From IMG/VR virus record IMGVR_UViG_3300021399_000152, positions 1-64,000 of that record: 64,000 nt of DNA. One strand, given 5' to 3'. A model generated the notes under the pieces. The model was given only the letters and a program-made list of their open reading frames with translations. It was not told where the DNA came from and made no database searches. Positions 24,851 through 34,150 of this stretch are shown piece after piece (the first letter of the stretch is position 1; each line of letters begins with the position of its first letter). This DNA comes from a virus. The translations under genes were made by a program, and so were the position numbers.

Positions 24851-27472
24851 TTAGATCTGAGTAGACATAGAGTTGATCAGAGAATTAGAGAAGGTCTGAT
24901 AGTTGCTTGCACCGTGTTGCATGTTCCGCATAAAGATCGGTTGAATGCCGTTGCTGATGGCAAGTTGGGCAAGGAGCTTCATGTTCTCACAATACTGGGC
25001 ACTTGTCAGCTTGTTGTTATAGGCATTGCCGTCAGGGCCAGCAACAGTATCAGGGACAAGGCTGGAATTTTTTGAGTTCGTGTCATTGATGACAAAGTCG
25101 TGGATGCTGATCGCAGGATGGTACTTGATAACGTTCTCATAGAACCAAGCCAAAGCCCACGCACTGGTCTGACTTCCCTTGGAGTAGTTCGTGTAATCAA
25201 CCGTTACAACACTGTTTTCACACTGCAACCGTTTGAACTCTGTGGCACTCGCCGCATGTCGCACAGTTCCCCAAGAGTCAAATTCCTGTGCAATAACCGC
25301 TCCCTTGGGGAACAGTTGAGTGTCAGGATATTCAAGTTCGTTTACCCACCAAGTGACCCGACCTATACCAAAGCCATACTTGCCACCATTGACAGGCCCC
25401 CAGCTATTGCTGTAGATCTCAAGCTTGGCAGTCCCAGCTCCCTCGTAGTCACAGATGATCCTGCGGCAGATGGAGGTTGTCAGGATTTCATGGAGCTTCT
25501 CAACTCCGTCAATCGTAACAACAACATGCACTTCCATACCTTCGGGAAGTTCAATCTGGTTGCACACAGGGAAGATGAACGCTTCAAGATAACCGCTGTT
25601 GCCCTGAAGGTTCTGCTCCCAGAAAACGCCAGTCTTACCAGTCCAAGGAGAATAACTTGCATATGCAATATACAAGCATGCATTTGTTACGGTTCTCTGA
25701 AGCCATTCCTTATTCATATTCTCGTTAACATAACGATACTGATCAGTCTGATAGCCGGAGCCAATCTTCTGCCAAGGGAATACGGTAGGATCTGTCACAT
25801 CAACTTCCGTGCCGGAGAACCGGGCAACGTATTTGCCAACCTCGCAATGTTTCGGGTTCTGGGCAAAGATATGCTGGGCATATGCTTTGTAACCGTTTGT
25901 CGTAAGATGCAGTCCAACGGAAGTAGAGGTAGAGTCCGTCAGCATCGTGGACAGAACACCGTTCGTGATTTCTTCGGTAAGCTTCGGGAACACGATCAGC
26001 TTCGTGGCATCGTTCGGATCTGCCTTGAAGTTGACAGTGTGGAAATGAATCCCATCAGCAGACAGAACACCACCGACCCATCCAAAGTCGGAAGTGAGCT
26101 GGGCAAGGTTCACAGTAGAAGAGAGGTCTGCATCTGTGTCGCAATGAACCGCCGCAAACGAGGAAACAGTCAAGCTGTCAGAATCCGCACTACCGCTGAC
26201 AGACATCGTGATATCTGCTTTAGTCCATGCATCCGGGATATACATACTGCACCAGCCAAAGCTCGCCATAATTTCAGGCATCAGGGGCTTTATCGGATGA
26301 GAAAGCATGTACTTCGGTTTGACGGTCACAGTAGACGAGCGGAGACCAACCTTCCCGGCCCCGTCAACAGCAAGGACTTTGCCAGCGTTCTCAACGCCTT
26401 GATCAATGTCAACCTTCTTCTCAAACTCAATTTCCAGAGTCCCTTTGACTTCAGCAGAGATGACGATCGGGTTCATCTTTGAGATTCTTGAAGTCATTAC
26501 ACAGAACCTGAAATACCCGGCAGTTGCAGGAATATCTATAGGAGTTGCCTTTGTATCACGGAGAACATTGAAGTGACTTACATAGCTGCCAGACGGCGTA
26601 TAGAAGAAAGCTTTCGCAGTGGGATCAATAGTCCCATTGTAGCTGATGTTGAGTGTCTTGGCGTTTGTTAATGTAATCGGGTCGGACACAGAGTAGGAAG
26701 AACCGTTTATAATGTTCCCGATCGTTGCCGCAGTCGTTGAGATGGTCTTGCCCTCTGTGAACGTAATGTCGGCAATGGCGATCGTCTGTTCGGAAGTAGA
26801 CCCGAATGCTTCTTCGATGGTAGATGACAGCGGGTCGATCTGGTCGACGATATCACCAAGATCAGTGTCAAGCTTTGCTCTGCTGATAGAACCATCCGCA
26901 ACCGCAATTACTTCAGGATGAGCATTAATATAACTCCCAACAGCACTCTCAACCGCCGTGCCATCCAGAGCATCATGCCAACTAGCTCCGCCCTGTCCAT
27001 CCGTCATCAGTACCTGTCCATTCGTGCCATCCGTAGCAGGCTTCGTGAGCTTCGTTGCAAGAGCGTCACCTGCTGCCTTGGCATCCGCTGCTTCGCCCTG
27101 TTGCGTAAGCGTATCGTCGATCTCAACGCTTGATCCACCGCTACCCTGAACTGTCTTCCATGTACGATGTCCGTTGCCATCAGTAGTAAGAACCTGACCG
27201 TTCTTTCCTTCCGTGGCCGGCTCATTTATCTTAGTCCCAAGAGTCGTATTAATCCCGTTAACCGTACTAGAGAGTCCGCTGACAGAAGTCTGGAGCGCAC
27301 TCACGTCGCTTTCGATCTGCGTAGTATCAGGCATATTCGTTTCGATCTGGTTCACCTTTGTCTGAAGTTGCCCAATAGCTGATTCGTTGGCAGCGATCTG
27401 TGTATCCTGTTCAATCGTAGTCTGAGCCTGGATCACATCGCCATTCGCCACATCGTGAATCTGGTAAGCCAT
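24851..27472 (-). CDS. tail fibre / receptor-binding protein (873 aa)
   Basis: AAGGAG RBS; N-terminal coiled coil, two 'K..EPAT.G.NGQVL.TDG.G...W' repeats, large beta-rich C-terminal domain. Confidence 0.65.
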   Translation of the reverse strand: MAYQIHDVANGDVIQAQTTIEQDTQIAANESAIGQLQTKVNQIETNMPDTTQIESDVSALQTSVSGLSSTVNGINTTLGTKINEPATEGKNGQVLTTDGNGHRTWKTVQGSGGSSVEIDDTLTQQGEAADAKAAGDALATKLTKPATDGTNGQVLMTDGQGGASWHDALDGTAVESAVGSYINAHPEVIAVADGSISRAKLDTDLGDIVDQIDPLSSTIEEAFGSTSEQTIAIADITFTEGKTISTTAATIGNIINGSSYSVSDPITLTNAKTLNISYNGTIDPTAKAFFYTPSGSYVSHFNVLRDTKATPIDIPATAGYFRFCVMTSRISKMNPIVISAEVKGTLEIEFEKKVDIDQGVENAGKVLAVDGAGKVGLRSSTVTVKPKYMLSHPIKPLMPEIMASFGWCSMYIPDAWTKADITMSVSGSADSDSLTVSSFAAVHCDTDADLSSTVNLAQLTSDFGWVGGVLSADGIHFHTVNFKADPNDATKLIVFPKLTEEITNGVLSTMLTDSTSTSVGLHLTTNGYKAYAQHIFAQNPKHCEVGKYVARFSGTEVDVTDPTVFPWQKIGSGYQTDQYRYVNENMNKEWLQRTVTNACLYIAYASYSPWTGKTGVFWEQNLQGNSGYLEAFIFPVCNQIELPEGMEVHVVVTIDGVEKLHEILTTSICRRIICDYEGAGTAKLEIYSNSWGPVNGGKYGFGIGRVTWWVNELEYPDTQLFPKGAVIAQEFDSWGTVRHAASATEFKRLQCENSVVTVDYTNYSKGSQTSAWALAWFYENVIKYHPAISIHDFVINDTNSKNSSLVPDTVAGPDGNAYNNKLTSAQYCENMKLLAQLAISNGIQPIFMRNMQHGASNYQTFSNSLINSMSTQI

Positions 27473-27537
27473 AAAACCATCTCCTTAGTCTAAATATAAG
27501 AGAAGAGGTTATCGCTTTAGATAACCCCTTCTCCTGT

Positions 27538-27801
27538 TTACGTAATAATTTGTAATGTCTCAGCGTCTACTGAGATCTGAATCGAAGCCGACGTTGTGAG
27601 CCAGCTTCTATTGCCGGAAGCGTCGAGTCCAAGCACTTGTCCCGGCTGTCCGGCTGTTGCGGGTTCGCTGATCTTCTGATCGAGTTGTTGCGTGAGTTCT
27701 GTAATATGCTGCTCGTTCGAAGCGATCTGCGAGTCCTGCTCGTTTACTGTCTGTGCAAGGATTCGCTGACCGGGCTGAACATTGTGAACTCTGTACGCCA
27801 T
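27538..27801 (-). CDS. short protein homologous to the N-terminus of the 873-aa fibre
   Basis: MAYRVHNVQPGQRILAQTVNEQD...ISEPATAGQPGQVLGLDASGNRSW vs MAYQIHDVANGDVIQAQTTIEQD...INEPATEGKNGQVLTTDGNGHRTW; own AAGGAG RBS. Confidence 0.45.
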   Translation of the reverse strand: MAYRVHNVQPGQRILAQTVNEQDSQIASNEQHITELTQQLDQKISEPATAGQPGQVLGLDASGNRSWLTTSASIQISVDAETLQIIT

Positions 27802-27813
27802 ATGATCAGCTCC

Positions 27814-30800
27814 TTAACTTAACATTGCGAGAAGCTGACGAAGTTGTGCTGCCGTGATCGTGACATCGCCTGTGCTGTCGTGGAGCGTGAGCGATCCGCC
27901 GTTGGCTGTAATGTTGCCAGCGAACCAACCGTTACCTGACCAATCGAGAGTGTAGCCGTTAGAACGAGTGACACTCTCAGGAGCTGCAGGATATTGCGGA
28001 TCAATACCATCTTCTCTTTCGACTGTTCCGTTGCCAACAATAACTGCATAAGTATCATTCGTGTCAATTATGTTAGCTCTGCCGGATACATGTTGACTCT
28101 GCCCATTTGCAACTGTTAATTCGCCTTCGCTGTGAGCATAATCTGCTCCAGCCAACGTAAGATTGCCTTCGATATGAGAAGCTATACCAGAAGCGCAACT
28201 CTCAACAAGCCATCCGTTTAGCGTTGTTTGTGATCCAAATGCCGGATCATTATAAGGGAACTTGCCATCAAACGTAATATCATACACACTGCCTGTGTGC
28301 GTTACAGACACAATTTTCCTAGCAACAAAAAAACCTTGTGTTCCTATTTTCACATAAACTACCATGCCAGGAAGAGGAGTCCCCGACAAATTACATCTAT
28401 ATGTTGTATCACTTATATACCCTGTAATTGTGCATGAGCTTTCTCCATATTCATATCCAGGATAACCGTTAAAAGTAGATGCATTTGAACCCAGACCATA
28501 TGCTAATGAATCAAAACCACTTGCATGTGAATAATTTCCTATGGCTTTTGTAGCATATCCTTCGCTATGACTACCTTCTCCGATTGCTAAAGTGCTGCTG
28601 CCTTCAGCGTGTGAATCCGCTCCAGAGAAATAACCACTGTAGTCTCCGGAATCATATGCTTCAGAAGATAAGAAATATCCACCAGCAGTACTTCCTGATC
28701 CCTCCGCATGAGAGCTTATACCGAGTGCGTGTGTATCGTATCCTTCAGAATGACTGTTATTGCTACCCGTGTTAGGAGGATAAAAATATATAGGAGTATG
28801 ATTGAAAACATATCCTGCGAGTCCATTAATGTCAATTGAATTCTCTGATCGATTAATAGTATCAACTACACCAGCATCATTAAAATCTGGAGACCATGCG
28901 ATAAAAAATTCGTTTATATTGTTCAATGTGTTGGTTGTATTAGTATCTGATGCATCATATGTGAAGTGAGTGTCATAAGTGCCAGTAATATATAAGTAAT
29001 AACTACTTCCACTTAATTCGCCTGTTCCTTCTGCCACGGAGTAATTACCAGTTGAAGTCAAATTACGCCCGAACGCCATGCCACCCAGACCAATATTTTG
29101 CGGATCGAAAGTATGATTGTTATTTCCTACAGAAATACTTTCGCCTGTAATCATTGGAGCTTTAACTCCCTGTGCGAAAACTCCTGCTCCATTCCAGTCA
29201 ACAGTAAACCCATTTCGACGAGCAGAATCTCTATATCCTATTCCTGTAATATGAGCATATTGATTCTGTGTGTCTTCAATATTGTACTTTCCTTCAACGT
29301 GTTGATTCTGTCCTCGTGCAATAGTGCCAAGTCCTTCTACATGTGCATTTGAAGCAGTTGGGTGCGTGTAGGTGTTGCTACCTTCTGCGTGAGAATTAAT
29401 TCCATCAGCTTGTGTTATGCTGCCTTCCGCATGGCTATTGTCACCGTATGCGCTGGTATTAGCTCCTTCTGAGTGTGCCGACGTACCAAATGCAACAGAA
29501 CTGTATCCTTCACTGTGCGAATTATCTCCGTATGCAGAAGATCCATAAACCGTTACAGTCAGCCCTGACACGATGCCTAATGTGTTATTTAGAAGAGTAA
29601 TTTTACTATTTGTTGTGTCAATGTTAGTTATAGCAACTAAATCGTTAGTACTGGGATTAACTACATACATGCCACGTCTCAGGGCTTGCGGGATAGAAGC
29701 ACAATTATATACAGTATTAGACGTTGACTGAATCGACGAAGTAAGTGTTAAGGAATATGTGCGAGTTTCACCTTCGCTATGAGCATACTTACCGGCAATA
29801 GTTCCATATCCTTCCGCATGTCCGCCTGTTTTTTGGGCATGTGTTTCTTCTCCTTCTGCATGAGCCGACATACCATTTGCTTTGGTGGAATAACCTTCCG
29901 CATGTGCAAAACTATCTGTTGCTTGTGTGTTGCATCCTTCAGCAAAAGAGCCAGTACCAGAAGCTGTCTGTGTATTAGTTATTGCGGAATCACCAGTCCC
30001 AACAGTCCAACTCTTCGTCTGTACAGATCCGACACCACTTCCACTCTCAACAGGACTATCTCCGCCCGCATTAGCATCAACATATGCTTTAGTTGCCAGA
30101 TCATTAGCGTTCGTTACAGGAGCGGGGTTCGCAACTGTGCCAGCGGAAACTGTTCCTGCGTACCAAGCGTTGCCATTCCAGTCAAGCGTGTGAGCGTTTG
30201 AACGCTCTCCAGCGACACCGTTGCCAACAATATGTGCATAAGTATTGCTCGTGTCTTCGATATTAAATTTGCCTTGTGCGTGTTGGGCTACACCCTTTGC
30301 GATAGTTCCAATGCCCTCTGTGTGTGAATCAGTTCCAATAGCTTGAGTTCCAGATCCTTCCGTATGTGCACTTCCGCCAATGGCAATATTATCTACCAAC
30401 ATGAAGACTGCATTTGTCAAAGCGGGATGAGGATTAATGACTTGGAAAGTTTGATGCGAAGTATCTATTGCTGAAATTTTCAGACAATTGCAAGCGAAAT
30501 CTTCTCCAGTATAAACGAGATACATACCGACAACACTGCTATTCAAATCGGCGGCAGTGTTATCTGGGAAGTCATAATTCAAAGTATGACTCTCACTGGT
30601 AACATTCTGTTCGCCTGTCAGTAAGACTTTAACACCCGCAAAATAACCTCTAGAACTTCCTTCTGCATGTGCGCCACTACCAAACGATGCAGTTATATAT
30701 CCTTCTGCATGTGCGCCACGACCATCTTGCACCCTATAAACAGTAATGGTTTGGCATCCTTCAGCATGAGATATATAAGTATTTGCCATAGTGCTATGGC

Positions 30801-32085
30801 CTTCTGAATGAGACTTATCTCCTGATATAGTTCTATAGCCTTCAGCATGACTGCAATCACCAGAAGCATTTGTTTCATGTCCCTCTGCGTGAGAGTATCC
30901 GCCTTTTGCTTTAGTGAGATTTCCTTCTGCATGTGTATCATTCAGTACAGCAATATTAGATGTCCCTTCTATGTGAGAAGCACTTCCAAATGCTCCATAC
31001 TTAAAGACATTATAATTTCCAGCGAGAACTCTTTTACTTAGCTTTATTTGTAGGTTTGCTGAGTCTATTCCAACAATTCGAACATAATCTTGAACTCCGT
31101 TGATGTCAGTGGCAAGAATAAAATTATCAACATTAATAAGATTAGACACAGAATCAACGGAATAAATTCTATTTGTAGCATCCACTTCTGCTGTTATTCT
31201 TATCTGTGTAAACCCGCCATAACTATAACTTTGTCCTTCTGAGTGAGAATACTGACCACCAGCCAGTGTGCCATACCCTTCCGCATGTGAATATGTTCCA
31301 AAAGCTTCAGTATTTGCTCCTTCTGCATGAGATGCGTTTCCAAGTGCGTCTGTTTGTAAACCTTCACTATGTGAACGTGTTCCACTAGCGACCGTTCCGT
31401 GTCCCTCAGCATGAGACTCCTGTCCTGACGCACTGGACTGATAACCTTCGGCATGAGAATAATCCGCAGTAGCTCCTGTTCCATACCCTTCCGCTGTTGC
31501 ATAATTTCCACTCGCTGTATTACCATCTACATCATTAACAAGAACAGCCCTAGTTCCTATACCGTTCTCTATATTCAAATTATTTTCATTCGGAGGCAAT
31601 AACCTACGATCAAACTGAGTATACGTAGTTACCGATCCATATATCCTTGCGGAGCTAGGAGCAGTCGGCACAAAGAAAGTAAGTGCCGTGTAATTGGAAT
31701 TCGGTTCAAGCCTGAAAACATCCTGAAGATAAATACTTGGATCGTCAGTATAAGTAAACTGATCAGCAACACTATTATACGTAGTGCCATCGATCGTCAC
31801 ATTAAACTCTTCATGGTTAGTAAACATTCTCTGCAACAGGGTTAACAATTCTGACGTGAGCGGAATTGTTGCCTTATACTCTGTGCCTTCCTGCGTGAAG
31901 TCCGCAGAGGTAAACTCACCAAGTACGAATGAGTCTTCCGTCACACTGTATCCATATCCCGGAGTCTGCACCCATTCACCATTCACAGACACAAGTCCAG
32001 TGCCATCTGCACCGGGAGCAGGAAGTCGTGCATCTTTAAGATTATAAGTAGTACTGTCTACTCTGATCCTGCTTATATCTGCCAT
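27814..32085 (-). CDS. tail fibre protein, 1,423 aa, beta-solenoid with ~70 'sHAEG' repeats
   Basis: N-terminal 'MADISRIRVDSTTYNLKDA' module shared with next gene; dozens of (S/T)HAEG..T.A.G repeats; C-terminal 'YTLDWSGNGWFAGNITANGGSLTL'. Confidence 0.75.
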   Translation of the reverse strand: MADISRIRVDSTTYNLKDARLPAPGADGTGLVSVNGEWVQTPGYGYSVTEDSFVLGEFTSADFTQEGTEYKATIPLTSELLTLLQRMFTNHEEFNVTIDGTTYNSVADQFTYTDDPSIYLQDVFRLEPNSNYTALTFFVPTAPSSARIYGSVTTYTQFDRRLLPPNENNLNIENGIGTRAVLVNDVDGNTASGNYATAEGYGTGATADYSHAEGYQSSASGQESHAEGHGTVASGTRSHSEGLQTDALGNASHAEGANTEAFGTYSHAEGYGTLAGGQYSHSEGQSYSYGGFTQIRITAEVDATNRIYSVDSVSNLINVDNFILATDINGVQDYVRIVGIDSANLQIKLSKRVLAGNYNVFKYGAFGSASHIEGTSNIAVLNDTHAEGNLTKAKGGYSHAEGHETNASGDCSHAEGYRTISGDKSHSEGHSTMANTYISHAEGCQTITVYRVQDGRGAHAEGYITASFGSGAHAEGSSRGYFAGVKVLLTGEQNVTSESHTLNYDFPDNTAADLNSSVVGMYLVYTGEDFACNCLKISAIDTSHQTFQVINPHPALTNAVFMLVDNIAIGGSAHTEGSGTQAIGTDSHTEGIGTIAKGVAQHAQGKFNIEDTSNTYAHIVGNGVAGERSNAHTLDWNGNAWYAGTVSAGTVANPAPVTNANDLATKAYVDANAGGDSPVESGSGVGSVQTKSWTVGTGDSAITNTQTASGTGSFAEGCNTQATDSFAHAEGYSTKANGMSAHAEGEETHAQKTGGHAEGYGTIAGKYAHSEGETRTYSLTLTSSIQSTSNTVYNCASIPQALRRGMYVVNPSTNDLVAITNIDTTNSKITLLNNTLGIVSGLTVTVYGSSAYGDNSHSEGYSSVAFGTSAHSEGANTSAYGDNSHAEGSITQADGINSHAEGSNTYTHPTASNAHVEGLGTIARGQNQHVEGKYNIEDTQNQYAHITGIGYRDSARRNGFTVDWNGAGVFAQGVKAPMITGESISVGNNNHTFDPQNIGLGGMAFGRNLTSTGNYSVAEGTGELSGSSYYLYITGTYDTHFTYDASDTNTTNTLNNINEFFIAWSPDFNDAGVVDTINRSENSIDINGLAGYVFNHTPIYFYPPNTGSNNSHSEGYDTHALGISSHAEGSGSTAGGYFLSSEAYDSGDYSGYFSGADSHAEGSSTLAIGEGSHSEGYATKAIGNYSHASGFDSLAYGLGSNASTFNGYPGYEYGESSCTITGYISDTTYRCNLSGTPLPGMVVYVKIGTQGFFVARKIVSVTHTGSVYDITFDGKFPYNDPAFGSQTTLNGWLVESCASGIASHIEGNLTLAGADYAHSEGELTVANGQSQHVSGRANIIDTNDTYAVIVGNGTVEREDGIDPQYPAAPESVTRSNGYTLDWSGNGWFAGNITANGGSLTLHDSTGDVTITAAQLRQLLAMLS

Positions 32086-32097
32086 TCATACTCCCCC

Positions 32098-33294
32098 TTA
32101 CGCCTGAACGGTGATCGTTGCGGGAGTACCAGTAAACGTCGGCTGAGACACCGTTCCTGCCGGTGTACCCGTTACGCTTACGACACTCTCGCCACCAGTA
32201 AACTCAGGCTGAGATACTGTTCCTGCGGGAGTAAACGTACCAGTCGAGGTCATCGCCGTACCATTGAACTTCAGCTGCACTCCATCGCCACTGAACGTAG
32301 GCTGAGACACAGTACCAGACGGAGTACCAGTAACGGACACATCGCCCTGAGAACCCGTGAACTCAAGGTTCGCCCCTGTGCCTGTGAAGGTCGGCTGACT
32401 AGAGGTCGCACTCGCAATACCCGTCGCAATCGTCTGGCTTGCAAAAGTCGGAAGCGTAACAGCGGTCGGCGTATTCGCAGTGAACGAGCCAGGAGTCCAA
32501 GACAGAGTCAGCGTTTCATTGACAACAGAAGTCGTGAGGACAGGAAGCGTACACTGAGCAGCCGAACCATCCGTGACAGACCCGCCACCCGTTGCAGAGT
32601 TCGCAACATACTTCGTAGCCGTGCTGGGCGTGACCGTGATCGTCGGGGTCGAGACAGTTCCTGCCGGAGTATAGTTCGCTTCACCCGAACCAACAGTGAT
32701 TTCGCCAGACGGAGTAAAGCGACCCGTAGAAGTCAGAGCCGAACCGCTGAATGTAGGACGGCTGACCGTTCCTGCGGGAGTATAATTCGCAGTCCCTGTA
32801 CCAACACTGATCGAACCAGTCGCTGTACCACTCACACTGACGTTGCCTTCCGTGCCTGTGAACGTAGGCTGAGAAACCGAACCAGTCGGAGTCAGCGACC
32901 CTGTTGCCGTAAGCGAAGCTCCAGTAAACGTAGGCTGAGAAACTACGCCTGCAGGAGTATAAGATCCGCTGGCTTCATCGTGCCAAGCCAGTTCACCAAG
33001 CGAACCAAAGTCACCAGCCGAACCAAGCTCGTGCCACTGGGAGTCTGTGTCCGCATAGATAAATTCTCTCTCGCCATAGATCGCAATACCGCCGTTCACT
33101 GCACCAATTGTCTGAGTGCCGACCACGATCTGGGTTGTGGTCGAACCATCGGCGAGAGGAGTTGTCGTGATGCCAAGAAAGCTTGTGCCACCAGCGATCA
33201 CCGCATCAATAGCTGCGATATCTGCACGAGCCTGAGCATCTTTGAGGTTATAAGTTACACCGCTGGGCAGTGTAATATGACTAATATCGGCCAT
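32098..33294 (-). CDS. tail fibre protein with tandem 13-aa repeats (TPAGTVSQPTFTG)
   Basis: N-terminal 'MADISHITLPSGVTYNLKDA'; ~10 tandem PTFTG/PTFSG-containing repeats. Confidence 0.7.
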   Translation of the reverse strand: MADISHITLPSGVTYNLKDAQARADIAAIDAVIAGGTSFLGITTTPLADGSTTTQIVVGTQTIGAVNGGIAIYGEREFIYADTDSQWHELGSAGDFGSLGELAWHDEASGSYTPAGVVSQPTFTGASLTATGSLTPTGSVSQPTFTGTEGNVSVSGTATGSISVGTGTANYTPAGTVSRPTFSGSALTSTGRFTPSGEITVGSGEANYTPAGTVSTPTITVTPSTATKYVANSATGGGSVTDGSAAQCTLPVLTTSVVNETLTLSWTPGSFTANTPTAVTLPTFASQTIATGIASATSSQPTFTGTGANLEFTGSQGDVSVTGTPSGTVSQPTFSGDGVQLKFNGTAMTSTGTFTPAGTVSQPEFTGGESVVSVTGTPAGTVSQPTFTGTPATITVQA

Positions 33295-33312
33295 AAGTTA
33301 TCCACCCTTTCC

Positions 33313-33780
33313 TTAATTGCGTGAGAAAATAAGGTCTTCGCCAATTACATCGCAGCTGACTTTCGCGTTCCAAGTGTTGCGGTCATCCGATGTTACGTGG
33401 ACAGTTGTGTTGTTGATATGATCCTGCAAAGCGTCGAGTGCTGGCTGAATCTGGGCGTCGCTGAGGAAGGGGAGATCGGCAATGTATGAATTGCCATCAC
33501 CGATCTTGAGCCGACCACAGTCAGAGTAGTAGCACACTTCGCCTTGCTGCGGCGTGTAATCTGGCACGGAGTCCCAGCCTGCTGTCGTATTCTCCGATAC
33601 GAACTTGAGGTCTGCGCTCGTAAGGTTGCCAGATAATGTCACACCATTGATGCTCGGTTTGTTGTATAGAGCATTATAGTTAGTCGTCCCGCCGCCTTCG
33701 CCACTGTTGGCAATCCATGTAGCCATGCGAACCTGAAGCGGTGTCGCAGGCTGCAGCTTGATCTTTAAAGTGTCTGCCAT
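33313..33780 (-). CDS. tail fibre-associated protein
   Basis: 'MADTLKIKL...' N-terminus; 'NYNALYNKPSINGVTLSGNLT' fibre-like motif. Confidence 0.5.
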   Translation of the reverse strand: MADTLKIKLQPATPLQVRMATWIANSGEGGGTTNYNALYNKPSINGVTLSGNLTSADLKFVSENTTAGWDSVPDYTPQQGEVCYYSDCGRLKIGDGNSYIADLPFLSDAQIQPALDALQDHINNTTVHVTSDDRNTWNAKVSCDVIGEDLIFSRN

Positions 33781-33784
33781 ACGA

Positions 33785-34129
33785 TCACCCCTCATTCGTC
33801 ACGAAGGTTACTTCGTTCGTCAGGTTAAGGTCGCCAACGCTCGTCTGCTTGATCTCAGTTCCTTTGACAACCTCGATGTCGAACACATACTTGCCGATAC
33901 GGAGGTTGTCAGTGTCAGCAGCTTCGATCAGGAAGCGGTACTCACCGTTGCCAAGAGAAGAGATGCCGCCATCAGACAGTCGTTTCTGGAACAGCGGCGT
34001 TTTGTCAAGATAGCTTTTCTTGACAGAGAAATAAATTTCATCGAAAGCAATGTCTACGAGCGCATCATTAGCATCGTAAACAAAAAAATTCACGGGGCGT
34101 ATATCGCCTCGCGGCATAGTAATCGTCAT
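33785..34129 (-). CDS. small beta-sandwich-like structural protein
   Basis: ORF in tail-fibre cluster. Confidence 0.45.
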   Translation of the reverse strand: MTITMPRGDIRPVNFFVYDANDALVDIAFDEIYFSVKKSYLDKTPLFQKRLSDGGISSLGNGEYRFLIEAADTDNLRIGKYVFDIEVVKGTEIKQTSVGDLNLTNEVTFVTNEG

Positions 34130-34150
34130 GAGAGTATACCCCCTTTTAAA

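Noticed and set aside
25100-26482. 460-aa + strand ORF
   Set aside because: Entirely antisense to the 873-aa fibre gene, which has an RBS and fibre-like sequence features. No RBS. Spurious.
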